A stretch of 64,000 bases of DNA from a virus (IMGVR_UViG_3300033072_000232:1-64000), one strand, 5' to 3'. Shown: positions 9,300-18,379, counted from the first letter of the stretch. The notes: generated from the sequence alone by a model not told the origin. Made by a program: numbers and translations.

Positions 9300-9423
9300 C
9301 ACGCTACCCGTGGAACCGTTGTCACCTCGGTTGAGTTTGAGTAATCATTCTCAGGTGTCTAATGCGAGTAATTACACTGTCTGTCGCATGAAAAGCAAAA
9401 GTAGACCCAGATAAAGTAACTGG
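9300..9423 (+). ncRNA. Candidate structured RNA downstream of tRNA-Tyr
   Basis: Consecutive hairpins CACG/CGTG, AACCG/CGGTT, TGAG/CTCA, TGCGA/TCGCA, CCAG/CTGG; possible pseudoknot CACCT/AGGTG. Confidence 0.4.
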
Positions 9424-9432
9424 AATTATCTC

Positions 9433-9482
9433 AAACGTATCCTATTGTTTACATTGTTTACTTTAGGATACGTTTTTATTTT
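9433..9482 (+). terminator. Long-stem terminator or processing hairpin
   Basis: 12-bp inverted repeat AAACGTATCCTA/TAGGATACGTTT followed by a T-rich tract. Confidence 0.65.
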
Positions 9483-9555
9483 GTCTAATATAGTACGTAT
9501 TATTACCGTTAATACTTAGTATATTGAATATTATAATAATCATAAAGAAATTGTG

Positions 9556-9630
9556 AGTTAGGCTAGGTTTGAGGTAATTGGCAAACCGAAAGACGAATCC
9601 TCTACGTTTGCCTTAACTTTCTATTAGAGG
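9556..9630 (+). promoter_or_regulatory. Structured RNA leader, copy 1 (three-way junction plus pseudoknot)
   Basis: Outer stem AGTTAGGC/GCCT(T)AACT, GGTTTG/CAAACC, GAAAG, GACG/CGTT with loop AATCCTCTA pairing to TAGAGG. Confidence 0.6.
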
Positions 9631-9646
9631 TTTAGATGGAAGAATA

Positions 9647-10507
9647 ATGAATACAGAAGATAAAAGATATTGTGTATATGTGCATGAGACAATTGATGGT
9701 GATATTTTCTATGTTGGGAGCGGTACTCTAGTTAGAGCAAACACAAAAGAAAGTAGAAACTCAAAGATAAATCTAACTAATAGAGGTGTTAAGTATTCAC
9801 ATAAAGTGAAAGATATTGACTACAACTATAACGTCAGAATATTAAAAGAGAATTTATACAAGAATGAAGCTATTGAGTTTGAATATGAAACTTACCACAC
9901 ATTTAAAGAAATTTGTAATCTGACAAATTCAAAACAACCCTCTAAAGAACGATTTCTAGATGTGAACAGGCTCAGACAAATTCTCGAATATGATGAATCA
10001 AGTCCAAGCTGTTTAAGATGGAAAACGGATATTTACTGTGGAAATGTAATTCAGGTAAAATCAGGCGATGTTGCTGGATGGTTTGATAGGTCTGGATACT
10101 ATAAGGTTTCGGTAGATGGTTTTAATTTGCAAGGTCATAGAGTTGTTGCCACATTATGTGGAATTGATGTAACCGGTAAGTTAGTAGATCATATAGATGG
10201 TAATAAGCAAAACAATAAAATAACAAACCTACGTGCCGCTTCATTCAAGGAAAACAGCAGGAATCGTAAAGTACCAAAAACATCAACAACTGGTATTTCT
10301 GGCATATGTTTAAGAACAACTGGTAATCATGTCAGGTATGTTGTCCAGTGGTTTACAAATGATGGTAAACGTAAATCTAAGTCTTTCAATATAAACAACT
10401 ATTCGGACATAGATCAGGCATTTACAGCAGCTAAAGATTATAGACTATCAATTGTAAAGTCTTTGGGTAATTATTCAGAAAATCATGGAGTAAACAATGG
10501 CATTTAA
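9647..10507 (+). CDS. Free-standing homing endonuclease: GIY-YIG-like plus HNH domains
   Basis: YCVYVH..FYVGSG..RA..EAIEFE; YDESSPSCLRW..HRVV..DHIDGNKQNNKITNL..EN. Confidence 0.85.
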   Translation: MNTEDKRYCVYVHETIDGDIFYVGSGTLVRANTKESRNSKINLTNRGVKYSHKVKDIDYNYNVRILKENLYKNEAIEFEYETYHTFKEICNLTNSKQPSKERFLDVNRLRQILEYDESSPSCLRWKTDIYCGNVIQVKSGDVAGWFDRSGYYKVSVDGFNLQGHRVVATLCGIDVTGKLVDHIDGNKQNNKITNLRAASFKENSRNRKVPKTSTTGISGICLRTTGNHVRYVVQWFTNDGKRKSKSFNINNYSDIDQAFTAAKDYRLSIVKSLGNYSENHGVNNGI

Positions 10508-10862
10508 AAGTAAAGCTGAACTTGGTGGGGAAATTGACAAAAACATCTACATGGGTGGCCCCGTCAATCCTAATAAAAAGGGTAAGACCCGCAGGGAGTT
10601 AGTCCAAGGTGAATTGATGAGTCTATTACGTAGATTCCGGCCGCATTTAACTGATGCTATTCGGCAATCAACTAGGATTCTCAATGATACCCAAGCAGCG
10701 GATTCAAATGTACTCAGAGCTTCTGCTTTGATTCTACAGACTCATCAGAGCTTACTGAAGGATTTGAACGCACTGAGTGAAGATGACCCACAGGAAACAG
10801 TAGAGAGTTTACGGGAAGCTCCTAAGTTTTCGCTTACAATGATTAAGGGTAAGGATGAGTAA
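10497..10862 (+). CDS. Probable terminase small subunit
   Basis: Immediately upstream of terL; helical, 121 aa. Confidence 0.6.
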   Translation: MAFKSKAELGGEIDKNIYMGGPVNPNKKGKTRRELVQGELMSLLRRFRPHLTDAIRQSTRILNDTQAADSNVLRASALILQTHQSLLKDLNALSEDDPQETVESLREAPKFSLTMIKGKDE

Positions 10863-11205
10863 CATCTTTGCACCAGCGTCTAAAAAACAAGAAATGTTTT
10901 TGAATTCAGATGCTACGATTACTATCGCAGGTGGGGCAGCTGGTTCTGGAAAGACCTATACGTCTCTCCTTATTGCACTAAAGTTTATGCAACATCCTAG
11001 AGCTACGGGTGTAATCTTCCGTAGAGTATCTAAGATGCTTACAGCACCGGGTTCTATTTGGCATGAAGCTGTCGCAATGTATTCTGAGATATATCCTAAA
11101 GGTTTAACCATTAGGAACAGAGACTTAGAGATTGTGTTTCCAAACGGGGCACTTTTAAAATTTAGTCATATGCAACATGAGTCAAATATGTTTGACCATA
11201 AGGGT
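10855..11205 (+). CDS. terL: Terminase large subunit, exon 1
   Basis: Adenine-binding Q (KKQ) and Walker A GGAAGSGKT; ends DHKG at the intron. Confidence 0.9.
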
Positions 11206-11452
11206 TAACTGTCAGCCCCTTTAAGTAGGAATACTTATCGAAAATCTCTTTAATTCGGTGAAACTCTCAGTTGAGACAATACCGAGCGAAGCCTAGTAAA
11301 TAGGAACGTGTAACGATCAGTCTTAGGACGTAGGGGTAAGTACCTCGAAACAGGAGAACCGAAGAACTCGGGATGATATGATCTTATCTGCATAGTGATA
11401 TGCAGCAGCTTAATTGCGGTAATGAATTAACGCCTCATTACGAAAAACAATG
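11206..11452 (+). mobile_element. Group I intron without ORF (247 nt)
   Basis: 5' exon ends in U (AGGGT) and can pair with GCCC; core AATTCGGTGAAAC...AATACCGAGCGAAG, GTGTAACGATC, GATATGATCT; ends in G; removal joins DHKG-GQYSLVIFDE in frame. Confidence 0.85.
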
Positions 11453-12601
11453 GGACAATACAGTCTAGTTATCTTTGACGAAGGAACTGACTTCACAGAA
11501 CCAATGGTTGAATATCTGTTATCACGTATGCGTAATGCTTACGTTGACTATACTCCACAGATGTTCATCATGACTAACCCTGATTATAACTCTTTCTTAA
11601 GATTATGGATACAGGATTACTACTTAGATTCTGAAGGTATTCCGATAGAAGAACGCGCAGGTCATAAACGCTTCTTCTATAAACAAGGTGACAAGAAGCA
11701 CTGGGCTAACTCAGAAAAAGAAATCAGAGACTTATACGGTAACGTGCCTATTATGTCTTTGGCCTTCATTGGAGCAAGATGTGTAGATAACCCTCCACTA
11801 ATGAAGGCTGATCCAACATACAAGGACAGGTTAATGTCGTTACCTGATGTAGAGGTTAAACGTCTATATTGGGGTAGCTGGTTCGCCCGTGCTGTAGCTT
11901 CTGGTAGCTGGAAAAGAGAATGGTGCTCAGTAGTACATCAACCTAATATTAAAGCTAAAAAACGTGTCAGGGCGTATGACGTAGCTGGGAGTTTACCCGC
12001 ACCCGCCTACCCTGATCCGGACTGGACTAGGGGCGTACTGATTTCAAAGGAAGATTCTGGGTTAATGACTGTTGAAGATATGGTTTCTATAAGAGACAGA
12101 TTCCATAAAGTAGAGCAACTTATATTTGAAACAGCAATTAAAGACGGTCAAGGTGTTACTGTAGTATTGCCATGTGATCCTAATGCTCAAGCTGGTGCAT
12201 GGGCAAGAGGAATGCAGCGCAAGTTAGCTGAAATGGGATTTAATTGTAGATTAGTAAGACCATTAAAATCAAAAGCAATGCGTTTTGCCCCATTCAGTAC
12301 TATCTCACAGTCAGGATTTGTTGAAATTGTTGAAGGTGATTGGTATCAAGACTTTTGTACTGAACTAGAAAACTTTGACATGAATGCTACTAGACAAAGA
12401 GACGACGTTGTTGATTCGGTATCGGACTGTGTGTATGTACTCAGCCAAGGAAACATTCTACCTGATTTTGACGTAGGAGCATTCAGTGGTTCCTCCACAT
12501 CAATCAACAACTCAACCTTCGGTTTCAACGGAGTAAACCTAAACGATTTAAACATCAACGGAGCATCCGGGATTCCTACTTCTGGTTTGCTACTAAGCTA
12601 A
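11453..12601 (+). CDS. terL: Terminase large subunit, exon 2 (spliced product 499 aa)
   Basis: Walker B VIFDE, motif III MTNP, nuclease RAYDVA...RDDVVDS. Confidence 0.9.
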   Translation, partial: GQYSLVIFDEGTDFTEPMVEYLLSRMRNAYVDYTPQMFIMTNPDYNSFLRLWIQDYYLDSEGIPIEERAGHKRFFYKQGDKKHWANSEKEIRDLYGNVPIMSLAFIGARCVDNPPLMKADPTYKDRLMSLPDVEVKRLYWGSWFARAVASGSWKREWCSVVHQPNIKAKKRVRAYDVAGSLPAPAYPDPDWTRGVLISKEDSGLMTVEDMVSIRDRFHKVEQLIFETAIKDGQGVTVVLPCDPNAQAGAWARGMQRKLAEMGFNCRLVRPLKSKAMRFAPFSTISQSGFVEIVEGDWYQDFCTELENFDMNATRQRDDVVDSVSDCVYVLSQGNILPDFDVGAFSGSSTSINNSTFGFNGVNLNDLNINGASGIPTSGLLLS

Positions 12602-12613
12602 AATAGGAATAAT

Positions 12614-14113
12614 ATGCCAAGAGCAAAGAAACAAGAAACTGAAACAAAAGAAATTAAGACAGAAACCGTAGAGAAAGCCTACGAATCAATCCCTAGATTC
12701 CAACTAGGTGAAATGGCTCATCTAGGTGTTAATGTATTTAATGGTGTTACTACTGATGAAATGAAGCGTGAGCTTAACTTCCCAGCTAGTGTAAAGACAT
12801 ACAAACAAATGCAATACCACGGGGCAATTAATGCTTCTCTTACATTGTTCGATAATATCATCAGTAAAGTAGAATGGAAGTTTAACCCACCATCAGATGC
12901 TACAGAACAAGAAAAAGAACAATGCAAGATTATTCAAAGCATGATGCATGATATGGATCAGTCTTGGACTGAATTCGTAAGTGATGTACTAAGCTGTAAT
13001 ATCTTTGGTTTTTCTGTTCATGAGAAAGTATATCGCAGGAGATATAAATCTAACGGTAGTAAATACAACGATGGTGTAATTGCTTGGAAGAAACTTCCTA
13101 TTCGTTCACAAGAAAGCATTGAGAAGTTTCTTTATGATGATTCAGGTAATGAAATCACTGGTGTAAAGCAGAATCTTTCCTTGGTTAATAACCCAAGTAA
13201 TAAGCTACGACTAAAGAATGAAATCATCATTCCTGCTAGTAAGATGCTTTTATTCCGTACAGGTAAACATCGTGGTGATCCTTTTGGTAAATCACCGTTG
13301 CGTAATGCTTATTTGTCATGGAGATTCATTACTGTATTGGAAGAACTTGAAGCAGTATCTGTAAGTAAAGATATTAGTGGTATTCCTTTGCTGTATTTAC
13401 CTCCTCAGTATCTATCAGCAGATGCTAGCCCTGAACAGAAGGCTATCCGTGCTCAGTTTGAGAATCAGATGCGTAATATGCACATGAATAATCAGACAAG
13501 TATTATTCTACCTGCTGTATATGACGAAGTAACGAAACAAAAGCTATTTAGCTTAGAGTTACTGAGTATGGACGGTAAGAAATCATTTGATCTGAACGCT
13601 ATCAAGGCTTACTATCAGAATGCTATCTATACTAGCTTATCTGCTGATATTCTTTTGTTAGGTACTGGTAGTACAGGTTCATTTGCTCTTGCACAGTTCA
13701 AGAATAGTATTGCAGCAGCTAATGCTGAAGCTCTTGCTAAGATGATCTGTGAAGTAATTCAGAAAGACTTGATTACTCAGACATACGAACTTAACGGTTG
13801 GAATACTGATCGTATGGGTTCTATGGATTATGATGGTCTAGAAGCTGCTGACCTTGAGACATTCTCTAAGTTTATTCAACGTGCGGCTGCTGTCGGTCTA
13901 GTTCCTAAGACTTTGGATGTAATCAACACTATTCTAGAAATGGGGGGTATGGATAAGCTACCTGAAGAAACTACTCAAGAAGAACTAGATGTGATGCTTA
14001 CACCAGAGACTTCAAAGTCAGGTACTGGTATGGAACAAGGTTTACCTTCAGGTACAGGTAATGCTGTATCTGAGAATAATACTTCTGACTTAAATACATC
14101 GAATGCTGCTTAA
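12614..14113 (+). CDS. Portal protein
   Basis: 499 aa directly after terL; GFSVHEKVY, DPFGKSPLR motifs typical of portals. Confidence 0.88.
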   Translation: MPRAKKQETETKEIKTETVEKAYESIPRFQLGEMAHLGVNVFNGVTTDEMKRELNFPASVKTYKQMQYHGAINASLTLFDNIISKVEWKFNPPSDATEQEKEQCKIIQSMMHDMDQSWTEFVSDVLSCNIFGFSVHEKVYRRRYKSNGSKYNDGVIAWKKLPIRSQESIEKFLYDDSGNEITGVKQNLSLVNNPSNKLRLKNEIIIPASKMLLFRTGKHRGDPFGKSPLRNAYLSWRFITVLEELEAVSVSKDISGIPLLYLPPQYLSADASPEQKAIRAQFENQMRNMHMNNQTSIILPAVYDEVTKQKLFSLELLSMDGKKSFDLNAIKAYYQNAIYTSLSADILLLGTGSTGSFALAQFKNSIAAANAEALAKMICEVIQKDLITQTYELNGWNTDRMGSMDYDGLEAADLETFSKFIQRAAAVGLVPKTLDVINTILEMGGMDKLPEETTQEELDVMLTPETSKSGTGMEQGLPSGTGNAVSENNTSDLNTSNAA

Positions 14114-14122
14114 AGGTGCAAT

Positions 14123-14470
14123 ATGAAACCAGCTATTATTGATTTAACAGTATATCAGGGAAGTACTTTTAATAAGAACTTCCAATGGTTATCAGGAACA
14201 GACCCGACGAATCTAACTAATTGTTCTATTCGCATGCAGGTACGTCAGAGTTTGTTTGGTGATGTTATTACAGAGTTTAGTACATCAACATCTGGACTTA
14301 CTATCACAGATGCTGTACTTGGTAAATTTAAACTTACTATTGCAGCTAGTGTTAGTTCACTGTTCACCTCAAACAAATACATTTACGATATTGAAATAAC
14401 ATTTCCAGACTCAAGTGTATACAGAGTAATTAAGGGGAGTATTTTAATAGATCAAGAGGTTACTAGATGA
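14123..14470 (+). CDS. Virion structural protein (Ig/BppU-like beta fold)
   Basis: IDLTVYQGSTF...RMQVR...YIYDIEI...G.I.ID.EVTR. Confidence 0.65.
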   Translation: MKPAIIDLTVYQGSTFNKNFQWLSGTDPTNLTNCSIRMQVRQSLFGDVITEFSTSTSGLTITDAVLGKFKLTIAASVSSLFTSNKYIYDIEITFPDSSVYRVIKGSILIDQEVTR

Positions 14471-14718
14471 CAGATATAGTAGTAACAACAGAAGAAGATA
14501 CTATTGTTGTATCTGACGATGATACTCAAGATACTATTATCACAGAGACAGACGTAACCTATACTATTATTAGTCCTGCTGAACAAGGCCCAACAGGTAC
14601 TGTTACTCTAGCTTATATCACAAATGAGTTAATCAGTGCCGATACAAATAATAGTTTGACAGTTGGGACTGATGGTAAACTATTATCATCCCCTGTATTG
14701 GCATCTTCTCAGTGGTAA
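14467..14718 (+). CDS. Small acidic virion protein
   Basis: ISADTNNSLTVGTDGKL motif typical of phage fibre-associated proteins. Confidence 0.55.
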   Translation: MTDIVVTTEEDTIVVSDDDTQDTIITETDVTYTIISPAEQGPTGTVTLAYITNELISADTNNSLTVGTDGKLLSSPVLASSQW

Positions 14719-14735
14719 GATATTAAGGAATAAAC

Positions 14736-15296
14736 ATGGCAACTTATAGTATTTATAAAGAAACAACGTTACCCGGCACTTTACAAGCTCACAGCATTTA
14801 CTTAATTGCACCAGTAGCTAGGCCAGATTTTGTTGAAATGTATGTTACAGGTGCTTCAGCTAGTACTGTAAAACGAGTAATTGACAGTGCACAAGTACAA
14901 TCAATGATTGATAGTGCTGTTGCTGGAATGAACACACTAGAAGTAGTAGCAAACATTGCCGCACGTAATGCGCTCACCCCTACGAAGAATATTCAAGTCT
15001 TGGTTTTAGATGCTACTGGTGATGCTACTGTTTCATCCGGTGCTGCAACATATGTGTATCGTTTTAGCACAAGCAGTTGGATTAAGATTTCAGAAGCAGA
15101 ATCTCAAGATGTGGTTCTACAGTGGTCTAGTATTCAAAATAAACCAACTAGCTCTGTCGCTGATATTGACGATGCTGTTACTAAAAAACACAGTCATGCA
15201 AATAAAACAGAGCTAGATAAGGTTGGTGAATCTGGTGGTTACTTCACATACAACGGAAGTAAGCCTGTGATTGACTGGACTTCCAGTGCGTGGTAA
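14736..15296 (+). CDS. Putative head/tail fibre-associated protein
   Basis: VVANIAARNAL...VLVLDATGD; WSSIQNKP fibre-like repeat. Confidence 0.6.
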   Translation: MATYSIYKETTLPGTLQAHSIYLIAPVARPDFVEMYVTGASASTVKRVIDSAQVQSMIDSAVAGMNTLEVVANIAARNALTPTKNIQVLVLDATGDATVSSGAATYVYRFSTSSWIKISEAESQDVVLQWSSIQNKPTSSVADIDDAVTKKHSHANKTELDKVGESGGYFTYNGSKPVIDWTSSAW

Positions 15297-15299
15297 CAT

Positions 15300-15563
15300 A
15301 TGGCAGTATTCAAAATAGAAAAGAACATTGCTGTACTTCCTGAGACTTTAACCGCTGATACTGTCTACGCTGTTCGTACAGGTGCTGGGTTTGATTTATA
15401 CATCACAGACAGCACTGGAAGTATAGCTCATACAGTAAACTCAGGAGGTGGTTCTGGATCAAGTAATATATTTATTCAAGAAACTGACCCTTTATCAGTT
15501 AGTCCTTATATTTGGTATAAGACCGATGCATCTGGGAATGTTATTGACATATTGAAAGGATAA
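15300..15563 (+). CDS. Small virion protein, distantly similar to the N-terminus of 14736-15296
   Basis: LPETLTADTVYAV vs LPGTLQAHSIYLI. Confidence 0.6.
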   Translation: MAVFKIEKNIAVLPETLTADTVYAVRTGAGFDLYITDSTGSIAHTVNSGGGSGSSNIFIQETDPLSVSPYIWYKTDASGNVIDILKG

Positions 15564-15564
15564 T

Positions 15565-15876
15565 ATGGCAACTTCAATTTTAGCTGGTATATCCCAAGAA
15601 GAAACTCAGCTTGAGTTGTTGGGTAATATAACTGTATTGTTAGCAGCAATGCTTGAGAGAATGCCACGCGTGACAGGTAACGATCAAGTGGCTACGTCTA
15701 TTGAAACTATACCAGCAATACTAATTGCTGGTAACCAAGACTTACGTAACATTACAGGTTCTATAGGCTCATTAACAACTCTTAACCAATTGGGTGGTAA
15801 GCCAGCAATTACAGCCGCAGATGCTATAATTATGCAAGGTACATCACATATCTATAACAACATTATTGTGAGTTAA
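15565..15876 (+). CDS. Hypothetical virion protein
   Basis: 103 aa, AAGGA SD, tight operon packing. Confidence 0.6.
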   Translation: MATSILAGISQEETQLELLGNITVLLAAMLERMPRVTGNDQVATSIETIPAILIAGNQDLRNITGSIGSLTTLNQLGGKPAITAADAIIMQGTSHIYNNIIVS

Positions 15877-15877
15877 T

Positions 15878-17335
15878 ATGGCAACAACTATAAATCTTAA
15901 AAAACTTCTACATCGGAAAGCATGGGAAAACTGCACAAATGCACCAGTTGTAACAGGTGCTGGTGCATTCATTGTTTCTGATAAATTCGACTTGACTAAT
16001 GGTTCAAGAGCCTTCCTAGTTACTAACGCATCTTCTATTTATATGTACGAAGGTAATGAAGATGCTTGGGCGCAGTTACCTAACTCCGGTGCTACTGGTA
16101 CATTTGCTGCTGGTGCTTGTGGAGAATATCGCGGACTAGGTGCAATGGGTGGTGTGTTTACTCAAACAGCCACTGCTGGTACAACTTCTACAATTACAAC
16201 AAACAGGACAATTCTACGAAGCCTTACAGGTAGTAGAATTCGTGTAATTGCTGGAACTGGAATGGGTTATGATGGTACTGTATCTTCAAACACTCTTAGT
16301 ACTAACTCTGTTATTACTGTAACTCCTGTAAATGCTGTAGCTTTTGACGCTACAACACAATATCAAGTGTTCAGCGGGAGTCTTTGGTTCTTTAATTCAG
16401 GCACTGCTGCGGTAGGTTTCTCCGTTTATGACATCGCCACAAATGCTTGGACTGCTCGCAGTGTAACAGGTATTCCTGCTGCTTGGGGTACAGATGCTAA
16501 GTTAGTCTCTACAATAGGTGCTGTAAGTGCTGTGGCTACAGGTACGGCAACTGCTGGTACATCTACAACATTGACTAATTCAATTAAAGCGTGGGGCACT
16601 AATATGTGGGCGAATTATCAAGTTCGTATCACAGCAGGTACTGGTATCGGGCAGATTAGACCTATTACTTCAAATACAGGTACGGTATTGACCGTATCCA
16701 CTGCATGGACAATTACCCCAGACGCAACCAGTGTATACAGTATTGAAGGAAATTACGATAATTTCTATTTACTTGGTAATAACGCTGTTACACTCTATAA
16801 ATATGCAGTATCAACAAACACATGGTCAACGTTGTCTCCAACAGCAGCTAGGACTGGAGCAGCAGCAACTGGTTGTACTTCAAATTGGATTGAATCTGCC
16901 CCTAATTGGGATAATGAAACATTAGTTCCACACTACGGGAGTACTTTATTCAAACAGAATGGTCGCTATATTTATTCATTCCGTGGTGGTGCAACAAATA
17001 CCCTTGATGTATATGACATTGCTGCAAATACTTGGATTAGCAACGTTTTGTATGGTGGACAACAAGAAACATTTACAACCGGATCATCTGCCGCTGATGT
17101 TGAAGGTTCTATTTATATTGCGAAAGAATCAACTGGTCGTGTATTTAAATTTGAAGTAGACCGTAATAGACTATTACCTCTGACAACTAATACAACTCAG
17201 GTAGCTCTCGGAGGTACTGCTGTAGTTGGTGATAAGCTATTCTTCTTACCATATGAAGATGGCCCAACAAGTATTCATTATATGTATATGTTGCGACACA
17301 GTGGTGCTGAACTTGTTAGAATGCTTTTAATCTGA
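15878..17335 (+). CDS. Kelch-like beta-propeller adhesin with two inserted Thr-rich modules
   Basis: YDIATNAWT, YKYAVSTNTWS, YDIAANTWI blades; two TATAGT...RI.AGTG.G..DAT..Y modules. Confidence 0.6.
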   Translation: MATTINLKKLLHRKAWENCTNAPVVTGAGAFIVSDKFDLTNGSRAFLVTNASSIYMYEGNEDAWAQLPNSGATGTFAAGACGEYRGLGAMGGVFTQTATAGTTSTITTNRTILRSLTGSRIRVIAGTGMGYDGTVSSNTLSTNSVITVTPVNAVAFDATTQYQVFSGSLWFFNSGTAAVGFSVYDIATNAWTARSVTGIPAAWGTDAKLVSTIGAVSAVATGTATAGTSTTLTNSIKAWGTNMWANYQVRITAGTGIGQIRPITSNTGTVLTVSTAWTITPDATSVYSIEGNYDNFYLLGNNAVTLYKYAVSTNTWSTLSPTAARTGAAATGCTSNWIESAPNWDNETLVPHYGSTLFKQNGRYIYSFRGGATNTLDVYDIAANTWISNVLYGGQQETFTTGSSAADVEGSIYIAKESTGRVFKFEVDRNRLLPLTTNTTQVALGGTAVVGDKLFFLPYEDGPTSIHYMYMLRHSGAELVRMLLI

Positions 17336-17343
17336 GGATTTAT

Positions 17344-17738
17344 ATGCAAGCAAAAGTATTTGAAATTTCTCCCGGTCAGTGGGATATAGAGTTGGTTGTG
17401 TATTTCAAGAACATTACCCCGGGGTTGAGGGTTTTGTACCAATGACAAAGGAACAAGCTGAATATTTTTCTAATTCTACAACGGAAGTTTCTGATATCGT
17501 TATTTCTGTAACTAGAGCGCAAGCTAAACTTGCATTATTGCATTTTAATAGACTACATCAAATAGAGCAGTTTATTGAAAATATGGAAAATGGTGCAATG
17601 AAGGAGATGATCAAAATAGAATGGAATGATCGTTTAACCTTTGAAAGTAATAATCAAATACTGCTTCAATTAGCAAGTCAGTTGTTAATCTCTAATAAAG
17701 AGTTGACTGATATTTTTCTACTGGCAAGTACATTGTAA
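17344..17738 (+). pseudogene. Tail-assembly-like protein with apparent 1-nt frameshift at GGG 17381-17383
   Basis: SD GAGG + ATG 17344 gives MQAKVFEISPGQW; one extra G continues GYRVGCVFQEHYPG into ORF 17379-17738. Confidence 0.5.
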
Positions 17739-17748
17739 TCTACAATAA

Positions 17749-17786
17749 ATAAACCCTAGTACCTTAATTGTTACTAGGGTTATTTT
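17749..17786. terminator. Bidirectional terminator
   Basis: AACCCTAGTA/TACTAGGGTT stem between convergent genes. Confidence 0.75.
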
Positions 17787-17802
17787 CTTAATCTACTTCG
17801 TT

Positions 17803-18201
17803 TTAATCTACGATTGCAATATTCATATCTCGGAAGAAAGCACTAAGCCTTGTTCGTTCTTTTTGATTATAAGCCATTTCATGAAGAACCTTTGCTTTAC
17901 CTTTGCTTGTACTCTGTCCTGTTAATACCTTCAGGTTTTCTTTTAGTAGTTCATCATTACTGACTAAGATTGTGATCTGTTTACAGAATGTTAGTTGCAC
18001 AGTACCTAATAGGTTAAGCATTAAATCAGATGAACTAATAGTAGCTAGGCTTTCACTTCCTTTGTTCTTAGGTTTCCAATCGTCATCATCTGACCATTGA
18101 AGGTTCATGTTGTAGTACTTCAGTTCAAGATAACTATCTACATAATCAATATCAATAAACAAGGTCAGGTGTTCATTGTTAGGGATATGTTTACTTTGCA
18201 T
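17803..18201 (-). CDS. Hypothetical protein antisense to the structural operon
   Basis: 132 aa, AAGGAG SD, own promoter. Confidence 0.75.
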   Translation of the reverse strand: MQSKHIPNNEHLTLFIDIDYVDSYLELKYYNMNLQWSDDDDWKPKNKGSESLATISSSDLMLNLLGTVQLTFCKQITILVSNDELLKENLKVLTGQSTSKGKAKVLHEMAYNQKERTRLSAFFRDMNIAIVD

Positions 18202-18351
18202 AAGACTCCTTTGTTTAGATACTAAGACACTACTATAACACAGTATTACTACTTCAGTTATATCTTAGTATAACTTAATATACTGAAGTTAGATTCTGAA
18301 GTTGAGTTCCTTGTTGCTTAACCCTTGTTCCCTACCCTGTTCCTGCCACAA

Positions 18352-18379
18352 ATTATACAGTACTACTGGATTCTGTCAA
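18352..18379 (-). promoter_or_regulatory. Consensus sigma70 promoter
   Basis: TTGACA-16 nt-TATAAT. Confidence 0.75.

Noticed and set aside
9296-9340. Possible tRNA-associated HDV-like (theta) ribozyme after tRNA-Tyr or after 55548
   Set aside because: Could not fit the nested double pseudoknot or the catalytic C by eye
18310-18350. G-runs on the minus strand as a G-quadruplex
   Set aside because: Only three GGG tracts; weak
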